Program-made: the position numbers and the translations under genes
From: Ascidiella aspersa
Lineage: Eukaryota
Reading direction: 5' to 3'
Length of the DNA stretch: 64,000 bases
Assembly (NCBI GenBank): GCA_963924565.1
Contig: OZ004615.1
Coordinates: 7,378,001-7,442,000 of the forward strand
Shown: piece after piece, positions 28,101 to 40,315 of the stretch
How positions within the stretch are numbered: the stretch's first letter is position 1
Layout of the letters: every line of letters begins with the position of its first letter
Notes under the pieces: model-generated
What the model was told of the DNA's origin: nothing
Database searches by the model: none
Seen by the model: the letters and a program-made list of their open reading frames with translations, nothing else

Positions 28101-31100
28101 AAGGAGCCATGAGTGGGGTTTGGCGACACAAATCCGTGATGTCTTCACTTGTTATCAGCGGTAAATCGTCGGGAAAATCATCAACAAAATCCACGACTTC
28201 AGGATTCAAATTGAAACTGTCACATCCAGACACGGTCTGAAAGATAAAAATTTGGACAATTAAAAAGGAATGGTATTTTAGCGAGCAACTACGAACTACA
28301 CTCTCACCGTTATTTTGTCAGCTTCCAGAGTAGCACCAGAAACGAATGGTACAAGATTCATTGGTTCCAAAACTTTCTCAAATGCGTCCATCAAATTCAC
28401 ATCGCAGTTAATCTTCTTTCTCATGTTTGTCGGCTCAGGTTTTAGTTTTGCTTGCTCCGCCATTTCTTCTTCGTAATAACAAAGCCAATCTTCCTCTGAT
28501 GGGGATTTTTGTTTATCAGCTCTGTCACTTCATTCCAGTTGGTTTTGGGAATTTTTACGAATGGTAGCTTCTGTTTCGACCACAAATCCAAATAATACTC
28601 ATGCTCGGGAGTCAGCTTTCCTCCCTGTTCTTCAGCTCCTGGGTAGCTTGTTATTATAACTGACGATTTCTCCAGCGCTGGTCGCTTTTTGGCAATTTTG
28701 GATGCGATTTCCTGTATTCGGCCAACTTGATCTGATATACCTTTAAATAAGTCAAAAAAGTTTCAGAAAATATGTTATAGTACTTGACTTTAAACTAAAT
28801 TAGGTTATTGTACCTTCGTATGCAGTAATCACATCTTGAACCAACTTGCTGCTTTCTTTCATTCCTTGTAAGCATGTATTCTGAGAAGTAAACAAATGGC
28901 GACAATTATGAACAAGTTACTTAAATTTTTCTTATGCTTACCCATTTCTTATGGTTACCTTTTAATTACAAAAAATAAAATAATGACAAATTATTACCTT
29001 TCCGCTTAAGTTTTCGCCCATCCTGAAAACATTAGATGTCCACCGAAGTAGTAATAACACACTAAAAAAATATATATTGAGAAATGTGCATAAACAGGAA
29101 TTATATAATTATTTTTAAATCAGCTTGTTTAAAAAATACACAAACCAAAAAATAAAATATTTTGCTCACCTGCACACCAATGTGCGGCCAGTTATGCAAA
29201 GGCCGACTAGCATTATCACGGCAAGTACCATCATCGTTACGTTGAATAATAAATCTGCCAAGAATTCTTCCACTGATAACGGAGCTGTGCCAACGAGACA
29301 CTTTTTGAACTCAACAAACTTACTTTCGATTTTAGGTTCAGGTGGACCTTGTAAACCGAAAACCTTGAGCGGAGCGAACGAATTGTCGCCGACAGTAAAA
29401 TAAAATTTCATCTTTTTCGCTGCTATAAATTCTCTTTAACTATAACGGGTATAGCAAGAAACATTGAAGCAATATAAAAATTTCCAAAAAAATTTAATTT
29501 GCCAAACTCCCATTGTTTAGCCTTATGTGTGACGTAACAGGAAGTTAGTACTATGTGGATAAGTACTTTACTGTAAATTGGGTTTGTATAGAAATAAGAT
29601 TAAACAAAATGGACTATAACAACTATATATACGCGAAATACAGTTTGGTAAAAAATTATATATTATACGGGCGCCTTAATCAAAGAAACTGTAATCAAAC
29701 CAATCATTATAGCTCATCATAGAACCTTCAAGGCCTGTGTGTTTTTATAACAAGATTTGAAACAGAGGTGGTGAAGCCTACTATTTTAATGCAAACATAT
29801 TTTAAAATAGCTGTTTTAAAGTAAATGACAGAATATTACCCTGTAAAAACATTTTCACGTCGAAACTGGAACTAATGTTGGCCTTCATTTCAGATAATTT
29901 CATACGTCTTTGAGAATAAACTCCAATATTTTAAAGAAATAAACTCCAATATTTTTAAATTAAACTTTTCGTAGCCTATTTCCTTTCCTTAAACGCAGAA
30001 AGTATATTTTGTCAATTAAAAGTTTATTTGATTTTTAAGTTATATTTGTATTGTGGGCTGGGACTACTCTTGGTGTGATTACGGCTGGTCGTTTGGTTAA
30101 CTTGAATCAAGTCATTTGACAAACCATTGACTTAGACTTTGGCAGTTGTATGTTTAGTGATGCTGTGTGTTACATCTTGAAATATAAATTTGTCTGAAAT
30201 AACTAAAAATAACTAAACTGTATATCACTTTAAATGAACACAGTATGACACAACAATGTGTTTTGCTAAATTATCTGGTATCGGTAGTAAAATATAATAT
30301 GAAGTATCGGAGATCCTAGCCATAAATATGTAAAACCAGTTTGTTTCTTTGATATTATAATCATAGGAGTATAGTTTCCTTTAAAAGGCACTGTTTGCCT
30401 AAAATATGGTACCGTACATTTAAGTGCCGTTGTTTAACCGATCTTCAACACTACATTTCTGTAATGAGCAGATAAAAGATAGCCCTACTTATGCCTTAAC
30501 AACACAAGTTCGACAAACAAACGCGTGTTTTTTATGTTAAAGGTGCACGAATGGGTTCGCGGACCAGGTGACGGCCACTTGCGGCATCAGAGCGCCTTTG
30601 GAACTTCTCTGCGATCAACGCAAGCGCTCGTGAAAAGACACCGGGATATTCTATCCAAATGCACAGTATGTAGTACGCTATTCGTCTGTGTGAATGCCAT
30701 TTAAAATGATATGCTACTTGTAAAAGGTTTAATTCAGGCCACGTTTTGCTTTCTCAAATCATTGGTTTTTGGTTTTCGGAAAAATTTCCAACAATACAAG
30801 AGCCAAATATTAATGCACTAAACACGAAATACTAGAAATGAAGCTCATAAGAAAAAAAATTCATTGGATATTTGAAATATTACTTGCATTTCGGTTTTGG
30901 TTGGTTTTCCTATAAATCACGGTTACTAAACGAAAAAATGGTTAAGAAGCCACGACCAAAGTAATAGTTGCGTTGTCAATTTAAAATATTTTGTTGTGTT
31001 GACATTGACCCACCACAAAGGAATTCATACACGTGTCTTAGGGAGTGATATGATTAGTTTTATGTCGATTGCAGGAGCCCTTCAAGATCCTAATGGAAAT

Positions 31101-34100
31101 CAAAGGAATGTTCGAGAAGATAACAATCAATAACGGGGAGTGGGGTTCGGGGGATTACCAGCAACCCCAGGTGGGTAGTAAAATCACGACTATAATAGTC
31201 GTTAGTACAAAAAAAAAGTTTTATTGAACAAATATTTGTTGCAATAGCCAAAATTAAGAACATACATGGCCAACATGGGTATAATTATTTAGGACCAAAA
31301 AATTCAAAAATACTATTTAATAATGAGTTGCAAAGCCAAAAAGGTAGAGTAATTCGGCATCATCTTGACTAAGACCTTTTGATACAAGCTTGTATCATCT
31401 TCAGATAAATTTGCTTTGTGATTCATTATCAAGCTACATTACAGATTCGTGCGTAGTGTACCCAACTATTTAATAAGATGAGACAAAGGAAATTTTAAAT
31501 ATAACACTGTGACCTAGATTAGTCTTTAAGGAGTTATTGGGTTATCTGAGTTGTTTTCCGAACGAGTAGTATTTTAAGGTTTGTTAATTATCTTCTAACC
31601 TTGTTAACTATATATTGTATTGTAAAATAAAGTGGGTGAAAAGCCTTCGCAAGAATCTCGCAGCTGTGGAGGAACAATGTATTCAATTTCAAGACAGACT
31701 TCGCAAAAGAGGTGAAATCCTGCAAACATCCTACGTCTACCACAAGTCGTCGGAACAGGTTTGTTGCCTGCGGAAAAGTCCCACTTTGTATTTTTTCAGC
31801 GAAAAGTACATGTTTGTAGGAGGATTGTGTGATTGGTGACAACCTATCAAAAACAGAATGTGTGTCAGAAAATACAATTATTTAGATTTTAGAGTTTAGA
31901 CAATTTATACGAGCTAAAAGTAAAAAGTTTGGAAAGTAAAAACATTGCTGAAAGAACTTTGAATGATTAAGTATTGACAATTTCTAGTTATTTAAAACTT
32001 TAATGCGACTGCTAACACCACCTTATTGTAATAGCTTTGCAATTTGAATTTTCTTATATTACATGTTGCAATTTTCCAACTGTTTATTTTCATGCTATTT
32101 TTGCATTACACGATATATTAGCTTTGCGATTACATACAAGCGCTTGTTCAGTTACCCGATTCTTACCAAGGTGACCATTGACTTCAAAATGTACCAATTT
32201 TTTTTAGTTGTTTTATTTTCCTAAATTTTAAAATAATTTCTTAGGCAAACGCCAAACTCGACAAGCTGCTAGAGGTGTGTGGCAACGAAGCTAGCTTACT
32301 CGACTCGCTCGATGCGGTTCAAACAATGCTTGATGAACTCCATTATCAACACGAGGTAGGTGTTTTACGAATTATACAAAATGTACACATTGAGATAAGA
32401 AGAGCCCAGCTCGTCAATAATAGTCATACGTTTATGAGCAACGTTGGTATTCGGCGTTGGTTTTTAAATGTGTTTTTTATTCCAGTAACGCAGAAAAAAG
32501 TAAGTGGCACTGTGTACCATAAATTAAAACAATACTTATAAACTTTAGAACTATATGTGCCATACAGTCGTTCCTGTTTAAAGTTGCTAAAAATTATAAT
32601 CTTCGCTGCTTTTGCATTTTCTGTTACTTTGACACTAGCTTTAGATTTGGTTTCTTCATTGAATTTTTAGGACGTGCAGAAGACGCACGACACCGTTGTG
32701 AAGAGCGCAACTTCCTTCCTGCACAAGTTAACTAGATACGCGCAGAACCTACAACAGGATTGCGGGTGAGCCTTCTGTACTTAAAATATTTTGGCAACTA
32801 GTTGTAGGTCGTGAAAGATACATGCAAAGAAAACAGTACATAGGTTCGATGCCACTAAATAGTAGATTCTGTTGTGATATTTGATGTCTTAGAACTCAAT
32901 GGGGCCTCTTAACATGGGAACCTGTGCTACATTCAATTCAACCAGGTTGTCAGTTCATCGAGCGAAAATTGGCATGGGTTTCATTTTCACACTAAATACA
33001 ACAAAATTATTTAAATTAGACCTACACGTCTACCACTAAATAATATTTAAATCTAAAACTATTAAAGAATATTTATGATATACAGTAGGCAAAACGTCAC
33101 CGTTTCCGAACTTTCACTTACGTTTAATACTCTTTTATATTTTAGCATCAACAAGTACGTGTTACAAGTGCGCCACACGGTGGCCATGATTCAAGATCGC
33201 ATCCGGTCGAGCGAGGGCGTAGTTGCGACAAGCAGGGATCGATTGGAACAGGTGCTCCAGCTGCAGACCGCGCAACGCGACGTAACTCAGGTGTGTAGTG
33301 CTTCGTTTAGTCGACCAAAAGAAAAAGCGGGCAGACGCTTTTATTTCGTTTTTACTTGTGAAAAAGTGACGAAAAAATGGATAAAAATATCCGATCATGA
33401 CAAAAAGTAGTTTTCTATTTTTTGGTATGCTTATCTACAATTAAATCAATTTAATTTATGTTTATCTACAATTATATCAAGCAAACACCTAATAAGTAAG
33501 TGAAAAAAATATTGCTGATCATCGATATTTTGATTATTTAGGTGATGTATTGTAAATCTGAGTGATCGTAGAGTAGTGCTAAACTGTTTTCCAACTATTA
33601 TTTTAAAGTGAAAAAGGTCTGCTCGTCGTGGTTAAAATCGTAAAACTTAACAATTACCAGGCTATCGCGTCATTATTGGTTGAACGCCCATTAGGATTTT
33701 CAAATACAGTTCAAAGCAGGTGCCACTATTTATAACAATGATTTTCTTGTGATTGATTTAAATCCGATTACTCCCGATTGGTACTTGACCCATGTTAACG
33801 AGTTGTGCGCCTTACTTTGCCGACGTGACAAGCGTGACATAATACCTCAGAGTGGATTTAGATTTCGACACGTTGCGAATGAAACCGTTTTTTTGTTTTG
33901 CAGGCCATCGAATGGCTGTGTGAGGCCCGTAAGGCTCTGATGCTCACACATCGTGCTTTGGGAAAATCGGCCAGCGAAGTCAATTTCCTCATTAACCAAC
34001 ACGAGAGCATAAAGGTAACATATCGATATTATATAAGCGTTAATTAGCATCCACAAAACATTGTTATTACTCTTAAACTTGATAGCACCCTTTTTACTTA

Positions 34101-37100
34101 TGAATGTTTAGTAGTTTTCAAACTTGTTTTTCTGTTTATTTACCAAAAAACAACAGCAACAACAAAACAGTATATAGACTTATAAAACAGCTGAAGTGCT
34201 ATGTTCGCCAATGTGCCACTTAATAACTTCAATTTTTCCTACTAAATAACTGACCGACTCAAAACAATCTTCAAATTCCTTTTTCCAAAACTGCTGTGTT
34301 TTATTTTATTGTTTATCTCTTTTTGTTCTTTGTATTAGGTAAAATTGTAATTTAAGGGTTATATAACTCCCAGAGACCCAGACAAACGATTCCCGATCAT
34401 CTAATTTAAAATTACTGGTAATCAATTCGTAATTTGCACCTTCTGCGAACTTTCATAGGTAAGCGGAAAACTCGCCTACGACAACGGAAACAAGAACCTA
34501 TCTTTGATTTCTATCCTCCGCCGAACCCTGGAACTTTCGCCACCGAGTGTCGCCCCAGGGTCGCCGAAGCTTAAACGATCTCGAAGCAGGTTTGTGAATT
34601 AATTTATTAACAGGCAATATATGTAGTGAGTTACGTGCTGCCCACCCGAAAACATTGTTGTATAATGTATAGTGATATTTTCTAACGTGAACCAAACTTA
34701 TGGATCGAATTCTACAAAAAAACAAAAGTCATGAAATATTTTTCACTTCGGTCTTTCAATCTGAATATAACTCTTGCAATATATCTGAGCAGTATAACTA
34801 GGATATTTAAATAACATGTGTATATATATTTTTTTAAACCGAGCAACAACCAAAAACAACTTCAATTCAACATATAAGTGTCTTTTTGGCTTTTCAAAGA
34901 TTGAAAGCTTATTGTTCGAGTTACGTTTTTAATAAATGATCGTTTTGTAGAATTTAGTTATACACTGTCACACTAAAAATACTTTTTTTTGCTGCAGCGG
35001 TCATCTGATGTCGGCAAAGGGGAAGCCCATACCCACTCTGGAGGAGGCGTGGGACGCGTTCATTGAAGCGTGGCAGGAACGGAGGAGCAGGTTGGCGGTG
35101 GCCCGGCTCTTTCACGAAAATGTGGACCAGGTGAGCAAAATGGTTATCATCAAGTGCAATGGGCAAACTAACGGCGTTTTATTACAGCGAATAGAATTGA
35201 GTGAGTCTTGTGATTGAATTAAGTGTATTGCCGCTTTTAAATTATTTCAATATTGGTTTGATCATAAGTTAATATATCAAACCTATAACAGATCTTGCCG
35301 CTTAATTTGTGTTTTCAATATTTACCAAGTTTCTACATTTAAATTGTTGCTATTTTGTCGCAAGTATATGTCTTTAGGTAAAGTTGGTTCACTTTAGTTA
35401 ACTTTTAATTACCACTAAGTAATTACAGCAACAAGCACAAGAAGATTTTTTTAAGTTAAAATGGTAGTTTGGTTGATTTGATCAATGTGCTTCGAAAATC
35501 CGCTCTGACAATAATAGACTGAGTTGCTAAATGGATTATATTACAAGGCACCACTTGAGTAAATCATTTTTTGCGAAAACTAAATGTGAATATAATATAC
35601 TTGATCGGCTACATGTGTGAAGACAGAATTTGTACCTGGTCAATGTTTGCCTTTAGCTCGTCAAGCGTGGATCGCAATTGGAAATCGACTTGGACCAAGC
35701 TTATCCGATGTCGTTTGTGCCGGTCGACCACAACCATAACGAGAATCGCACAAGGGTGAGCATTATTTGGCAATGTTCGATAAGTGAGGGACAATATTGG
35801 TGACCCTATGCATCTTTGCGCCAAATAAACTAATCACTAGTTTTCCGAGCCAGTGACAAATCAATGTTAAAACAAGTCTAATAAACGTTATTAGTAGGGC
35901 CATTTTTATTTTAACCTAAAAAAACAATTTTTTAACTTTATTTTTATCCAATTTTAACTTTATTTTAACCTAACGGAATTTGTTGTTTGTAGAAGCCACA
36001 GTTCTTACTTGAACTGATGCCAGTTCCCTAAACATAATATTTTGTCGATTTCAGACCCAAACGTTTTAGCTTGCTTAGGCATTTTTGTATTACAGAATGT
36101 CAGTAGGCTATTTCTAAAATCCAAATTGTTCATCTTCGAAAAGACCACGTTTATGAAGATAAAGTGTTTTATAAAATTTTTTTAAATACGTAACAATAAA
36201 GAAAAAAATGGACAATTTGCGATAAAAGTTACTGCTGATCCAAGTGGGCATTGTGACATATTTCCTGCTTTTATGGGTTAATATGGTTTAATTGTGTCGC
36301 AGTTCCTGATTTACAATGCTTCCACGACGATTTTTATAACTTTATTTTAACCTATAAACTTCTTAGAAACAGTCCCCTAGGTGCTAAAAACAACTTTATT
36401 ATTTGATTCGTGGACAGACAAGCTCCATAAAATTTTTTAACTTTTTCACCCTTGTATCGGACGAGTACTGATACCACCCTTGTATCGGACGAGTACTGAT
36501 GTATTATCTCCGATCCGATATTATCGTACATCCCTCAACGTAGTTTAGTTCGGCGACCTACTATTTGTGAATTTGTCGTCCGGCAATGCCACATACCACA
36601 AATTACGTCACTCCTGGCCCCGTTAACGATCTTAACCCTACAACCGAAACACGTCCATTTACATAATTGCCAATATCCTACTCTACCGCCCAGCTTCCCA
36701 TGGAGCCACTGCGCGAAGCCCACTACGCCTTCACTGATGACGTAGCTGACGTCATGCGACTGGGCAGCAACCTCCTTCGCGTCTTTGACATGTCTGAAAG
36801 CAAGCCGGGCTCTCAAGTCAGGTAGGCTTGTGGTATTTAACCTTGAGTCTGCTCTGCTCCATAGTGTTTTGTCATCCTAGGGATTTAGCATTACCACAAA
36901 AGTGCTAAGCTCGCTTCCCAAAATCGAATATGAAATATATTTTCCCAAGGGTATGATTCTCATAAGTACCAGTTTTTTATGACTAGTTGCTACATTTTTG
37001 GACACAGGCGTGTCATGCAAGCATATGTCATACTAAGTGTTTGGTGATAAATATAGTGACATTCGAGGACATAATTCTGTTTTAAAATATGTTGAAAACC

Positions 37101-37751
37101 GCAAAAGGTTAACAGTACTTATATAAATGCTTAAAAATTGTTTTCAATTGTTTGTTTTCAATTGTTGGTTGTTTCACGTTTCAAGTCAAAACATGAAAAT
37201 ATAGTAACCTGTTTCTTAGTAAAATTGTGGTGACTAATCTCCATTTGTTAAGTACTCAAATTTATGACAATTTTGAGTGCCAAAAAATTGAGACTTTTAA
37301 CTAAATGTAAAAGTAGAATAAGTTTCTTACCTGAACGAGTAAAAATGTACTTAACGAAGTTCAGATTTCTCTTTTTTGCTTTTTTTATTTTTTTAACTTA
37401 GCAATCCTTGCTGCGATAGGTTTCCTAAATTAAATTAAAACCTCTTTTATGCAGCAAAAACCTTAGAAAAACTTAGTGCAGAAATGCTGGCTTTACAATA
37501 ACCACCCTCTGAATGTGACTTAACTGTAAAATCACGTTACAAATTACAAGCCTTAATTGGAAATTTGTTTTAGCCTGACCGGGGGAGGTCCTTGGCAGAC
37601 GATCCAGACGAAAATGAACGAGCTTGATCATCTCCAGTGCTCAGTGAGATCCAAGTGGACTCGACTGAAAGAAGGGCATCCGAATGAAGATGTTGGAAGC
37701 AGAAAAAGGAGAATGAAGCCCTACCGCAGCTGGGTGGAAGGAATTAACGAG
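13120..37751 (+). CDS. SESTD1: SESTD1-like module (SEC14/CRAL-TRIO domain + spectrin repeats), 24 exons, 1073 codons; 5' part of a larger gene
   Basis: Exons 13120-13261, 16179-16238, 17327-17441, 18246-18327, 18844-18957, 21430-21624, 22138-22340, 22702-22812, 24558-24857, 25683-25816, 26274-26392, 26737-26904, 30543-30665, 31075-31170, 31633-31758, 32245-32355, 32671-32765, 33146-33290, 33904-34014, 34459-34589, 34998-35130, 35657-35755, 36694-36821, 37574-37751 (3219 nt, open). Peptides MEAKDIKEILCRKIAYLSGGKDRRGG, VCIVKPAVFWERQ...KDRLDFQ, QLTGEFGGSLCYDHHQW, VHEWVRGPG, QAIEWLCE match human SESTD1 as recalled (MEAS..LAFLSGGKDRRSG, VCVVKPDEFWDK..KDRLGFE, QLTEDFGGSLTYDHMDW, VVNWLEGPG, QAVEWLSE). 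Confidence 0.9.
13393..14730. mobile_element. Foldback/MITE-like element with two tiers of inverted repeats, interrupted by the solo LTR
   Basis: Outer imperfect IR ~13393-13490 / ~14635-14730. Inner IR ~13641-13693 / ~14517-14570 (gatctggcccttt / aaagggccagatc). Confidence 0.65.
14061..14471 (-). mobile_element. Solo LTR of the same family as 1723-3826
   Basis: Colinear, highly similar copy of the LTR (tgtatatttcaacaggtgag...ctctaca) flanked by the 4-bp TSD CTTG (14057-14060 / 14472-14475). Confidence 0.92.
14747..15399. mobile_element. Possible TTAA-flanked non-autonomous DNA transposon
   Basis: ttaacatttcacgcc ... ggcctgaaagagttaa imperfect TIRs bounded by TTAA. Confidence 0.35.
15770..16160. 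mobile_element. Degenerate copy of the GACTTAAGTC MITE family
   Basis: Shares ataattagagca...gtccttgtcata, cagtcatttgtccaaaagacttaagtc and aagtcaagtcattgact with 62180-62701. Confidence 0.6.
24079..24523. mobile_element. hAT-type MITE with GAGTCC/GACTCC subterminal repeats
   Basis: TIR cggggctgcggagtcgg / ccgactccgcagccctg; perfect 8-bp TSD CTTTAAAC (24071-24078 / 24524-24531). Confidence 0.92.
27011..27356. mobile_element. hAT-type MITE (AGGGGTTCTTAAAC family)
   Basis: Ends taggggttcttaaac / gtttaagaacacttg; similar to 41982-42268. Confidence 0.7.
28006..29411 (-). pseudogene. Nested antisense 5-exon gene for an unknown single-pass membrane protein (~332 aa) with one frameshift (pseudogene, allele or assembly error)
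   Basis: Minus-strand exons 29411-29170, 29022-28998, 28880-28814, 28740-28308, 28236-28006 with GT-AG introns of 147, 117, 73 and 71 nt. Total 998 nt, one short of an open 333-codon frame. Hydrophobic segment LLFNVTMMVLAVIMLVGLCITG. AATAAA on the minus strand at 27906-27901. Confidence 0.7.
36447..36500 (+). repeat. 28-bp tandem duplication within a GTATCG-type MITE remnant (related to ~56540-56630)
   Basis: cacccttgtatcggacgagtactgat twice, followed by gatattatcgtacatccct. Confidence 0.6.
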
Positions 37752-39264
37752 GTTGGTGAACAACAAGTTTTTTAGTTTTAAGTTTATTGCACCTATATGC
37801 CATTTCTAAGTTCATTGCACCTATTTACGAACTTAAATATTGGAAAGGAGTTAAAATCCCTAGATGACACGAACTTTGTTGACTTTGTGTTCTGTCCACA
37901 TTTAAGATTTTATATCTCTATTAGCTTTGACTATATTAGATATGTCATATATCATAATAGTTCATCAAAATACCATGTGGGGCTCAATAACATTGTTGTC
38001 AAATTGATTTTGGTAGTTATTTGAGTGCGATGTTACGATTCAGACTGTCTAACAAAAATCGCTTTGCCGTGAATTTAAATTTGTCGAATTTTGTTATTCT
38101 TGAATTTATTTTAGTCCGGTCCCATAGTTGTTACAATTTGGTGGCTTTGGAGGTTTCGAAGTTAAATCGGGACTGCATCGAATTCCAATAGCTATATTGA
38201 TAGTCGCAAGAGGTCTTGAGACCTCTTTCAGAACGCCAAGGCCCCGAAAAGGGGCAACAAAATCCTTACTACATTTCGCATCATTCGTAGTCATACATAG
38301 CCAGTATACGCAATGGAAGTTGCCGGGGCGTCTCCTACCGCATTTGTAACGAATTCCTATCTTCTCGCTGAAGGGGGGCACTCAGCATAGCAAGATGCTT
38401 CTTACCCTCTGTGAGAGAGCAAAGCAGCGCTACGACAGTGGTAGGACCACGTCAAAGATAAGAGCGAAATCAAGTACTTCAATTAGTGTTGAGACCAGCG
38501 TAACCATACGCTAATGCTGCTGTTTAGAGAAGGCGGGTTGAAAGAATTGTCTATTCGAAAAGCAGCCAGTGATCTTTGCATTCGCATTCCATTCAATTGA
38601 AAGTTGCAACAGCGAATGTGTCAGAAACTACCAATCGAAGCCAATGTAGAGTATACGTTGCCCGAAAAGTTTAAATAAGTCTTTAAAAGCATTTTAAAGA
38701 ATCGATTAGGTTGTAAAGCTGATTGATAAATATTAGGCAGTTAGCACTTACATAAATATGGAAATCAATGATGGGTATAGATATGTCAAAATAAAATTCT
38801 GCAATATCCTTAGTACGGTCGATCACTACAAAATCTTTAATCAAAATTAATTTTCGCTTATACGGTACCGTCCTATTCCTCGTTTGCAGCGCAGACACAG
38901 TACACAGCCCTTGATTGTGCAGTTGTTGTGTTGGTCAGTAGTTCTGGGTTATGATAGCTGTTTGTGGATCAATTTATCGGTGCTGTCGTTTCGCGGTAGG
39001 GCTATTTCTCTGTGCTATACGTGACACATTAAACGTCAAACAGGACACTAAAGCCTTTCGACATTTCAGTGATTCCCAGGGGACAAGACACATTATAATT
39101 CGCTGATTTCCGTTCGACTTAGTCCATTTCGATAGTGTTGGCACCGGGAGTTGGCTGCCAGTAGCAGATAAGTTGTTCGCGTCAGGTTGTTTACGTTCTC
39201 GTTGACATACAGGATGTTGGCGAACGGTTAGGCATTTTTTGCCGATAAAAGTTTGTTAAACGTA

Positions 39265-39816
39265 ATGTCAAATCGAGATTCAAATCCAGGAAGTGTTAAT
39301 GCAACCAAAAATTCCGAAACCGCGCATCGAGAATCGTTGTACGACAATTTTCCTTCGCAGCCGAGCGAAAAGCATCGCGAGGATTCAGCCGAAAAAGTCG
39401 GCGTAAAACTGCGCGGATTGAGCAAAGGACAAAACAAGGGTCGTAAAAGGGACGCGGCCAACTTTGAGTCCTGCGAAGATCTAATGGATTACCAAGCCTT
39501 CGAAACCTCAAGTCGACCTGCCGACCAGCAAAAGCCCGAAAAGAATCCAAACGAAACCTCTCCTAAACGCGTCAAAACAGAGCCTCCACAATGGGAATAC
39601 GTTGCGCTCGATAGCCAACAGCAACAGCAGCGGACTGTTGAAATATTGGACAGCAGCTTAGAAGCAGGGACAGCTGACAGGCCATTAACCATAGCGCTGG
39701 AACGCAACTCACAGGGAGATAGCACTGGCCCTCGGCGCTATTCGGACCATTGCGAAACCGTTGGTCGAATATCTGTCCAGTCCGACGCGGCTCAAATCGA
39801 GGTTGATGTTATCAGC
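39265..39816 (+). CDS. CCDC141: Internal alternative first coding exon of the CCDC141-like module (184 aa)
   Basis: ATG at 39265 with an in-frame TAG upstream (39229-39231). Strong GTAAGT donor after 39816, phase 0, in frame with 40316. The exon ends in TVGRISVQSDAAQIEVDVIS, resembling the human CCDC141 N-terminus TVSSVAVQAGDSKIVIAVIK (recalled). Confidence 0.8.
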
Positions 39817-40315
39817 GTAAGTGGCCTGTTCACGCCGATGTACTGTATTCCACAACGACTGCATTGTGAAGACATGCTGTTTCGGCGATATCAGCGCCAG
39901 TAATGTAGTTTAATCTACCAGCCCTATATTCTAAAACAAACGTATACCCTATCTCGAAATCTTTGATTAGAAAGACAAAATATGTTCCGCTTGCTATCAT
40001 TATGTAAACGATTTGTTGGAGAAAGTAAAACTTTTAATAACAACACTTACTTTAGACTAACTAGTTACCTTAATTTTTCCAGTAAAGTCTCTTTAATGAT
40101 TGACAGCAATTTTAATTGTATTTTTATGTTAAACCAAAACGTATTTTCGCTAGACGAAAACAATGTCACCTCCAATGCTTAAACTCAAATTGCTAGAATC
40201 ACAGCTATGAAATAATCATTTCCAATTTAAGAATTGTCCATTCTAACTGTAGCGTTGCTGCCCAGCACATTATATTAACTTTAAACGCTCTTAATCACTA
40301 TATATCTTTTCGCAG

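Noticed and set aside
28942-28958. 17-nt micro-exon candidate in the nested gene
   Set aside because: Needs a 39-nt intron and shifts the next exon into a stop.
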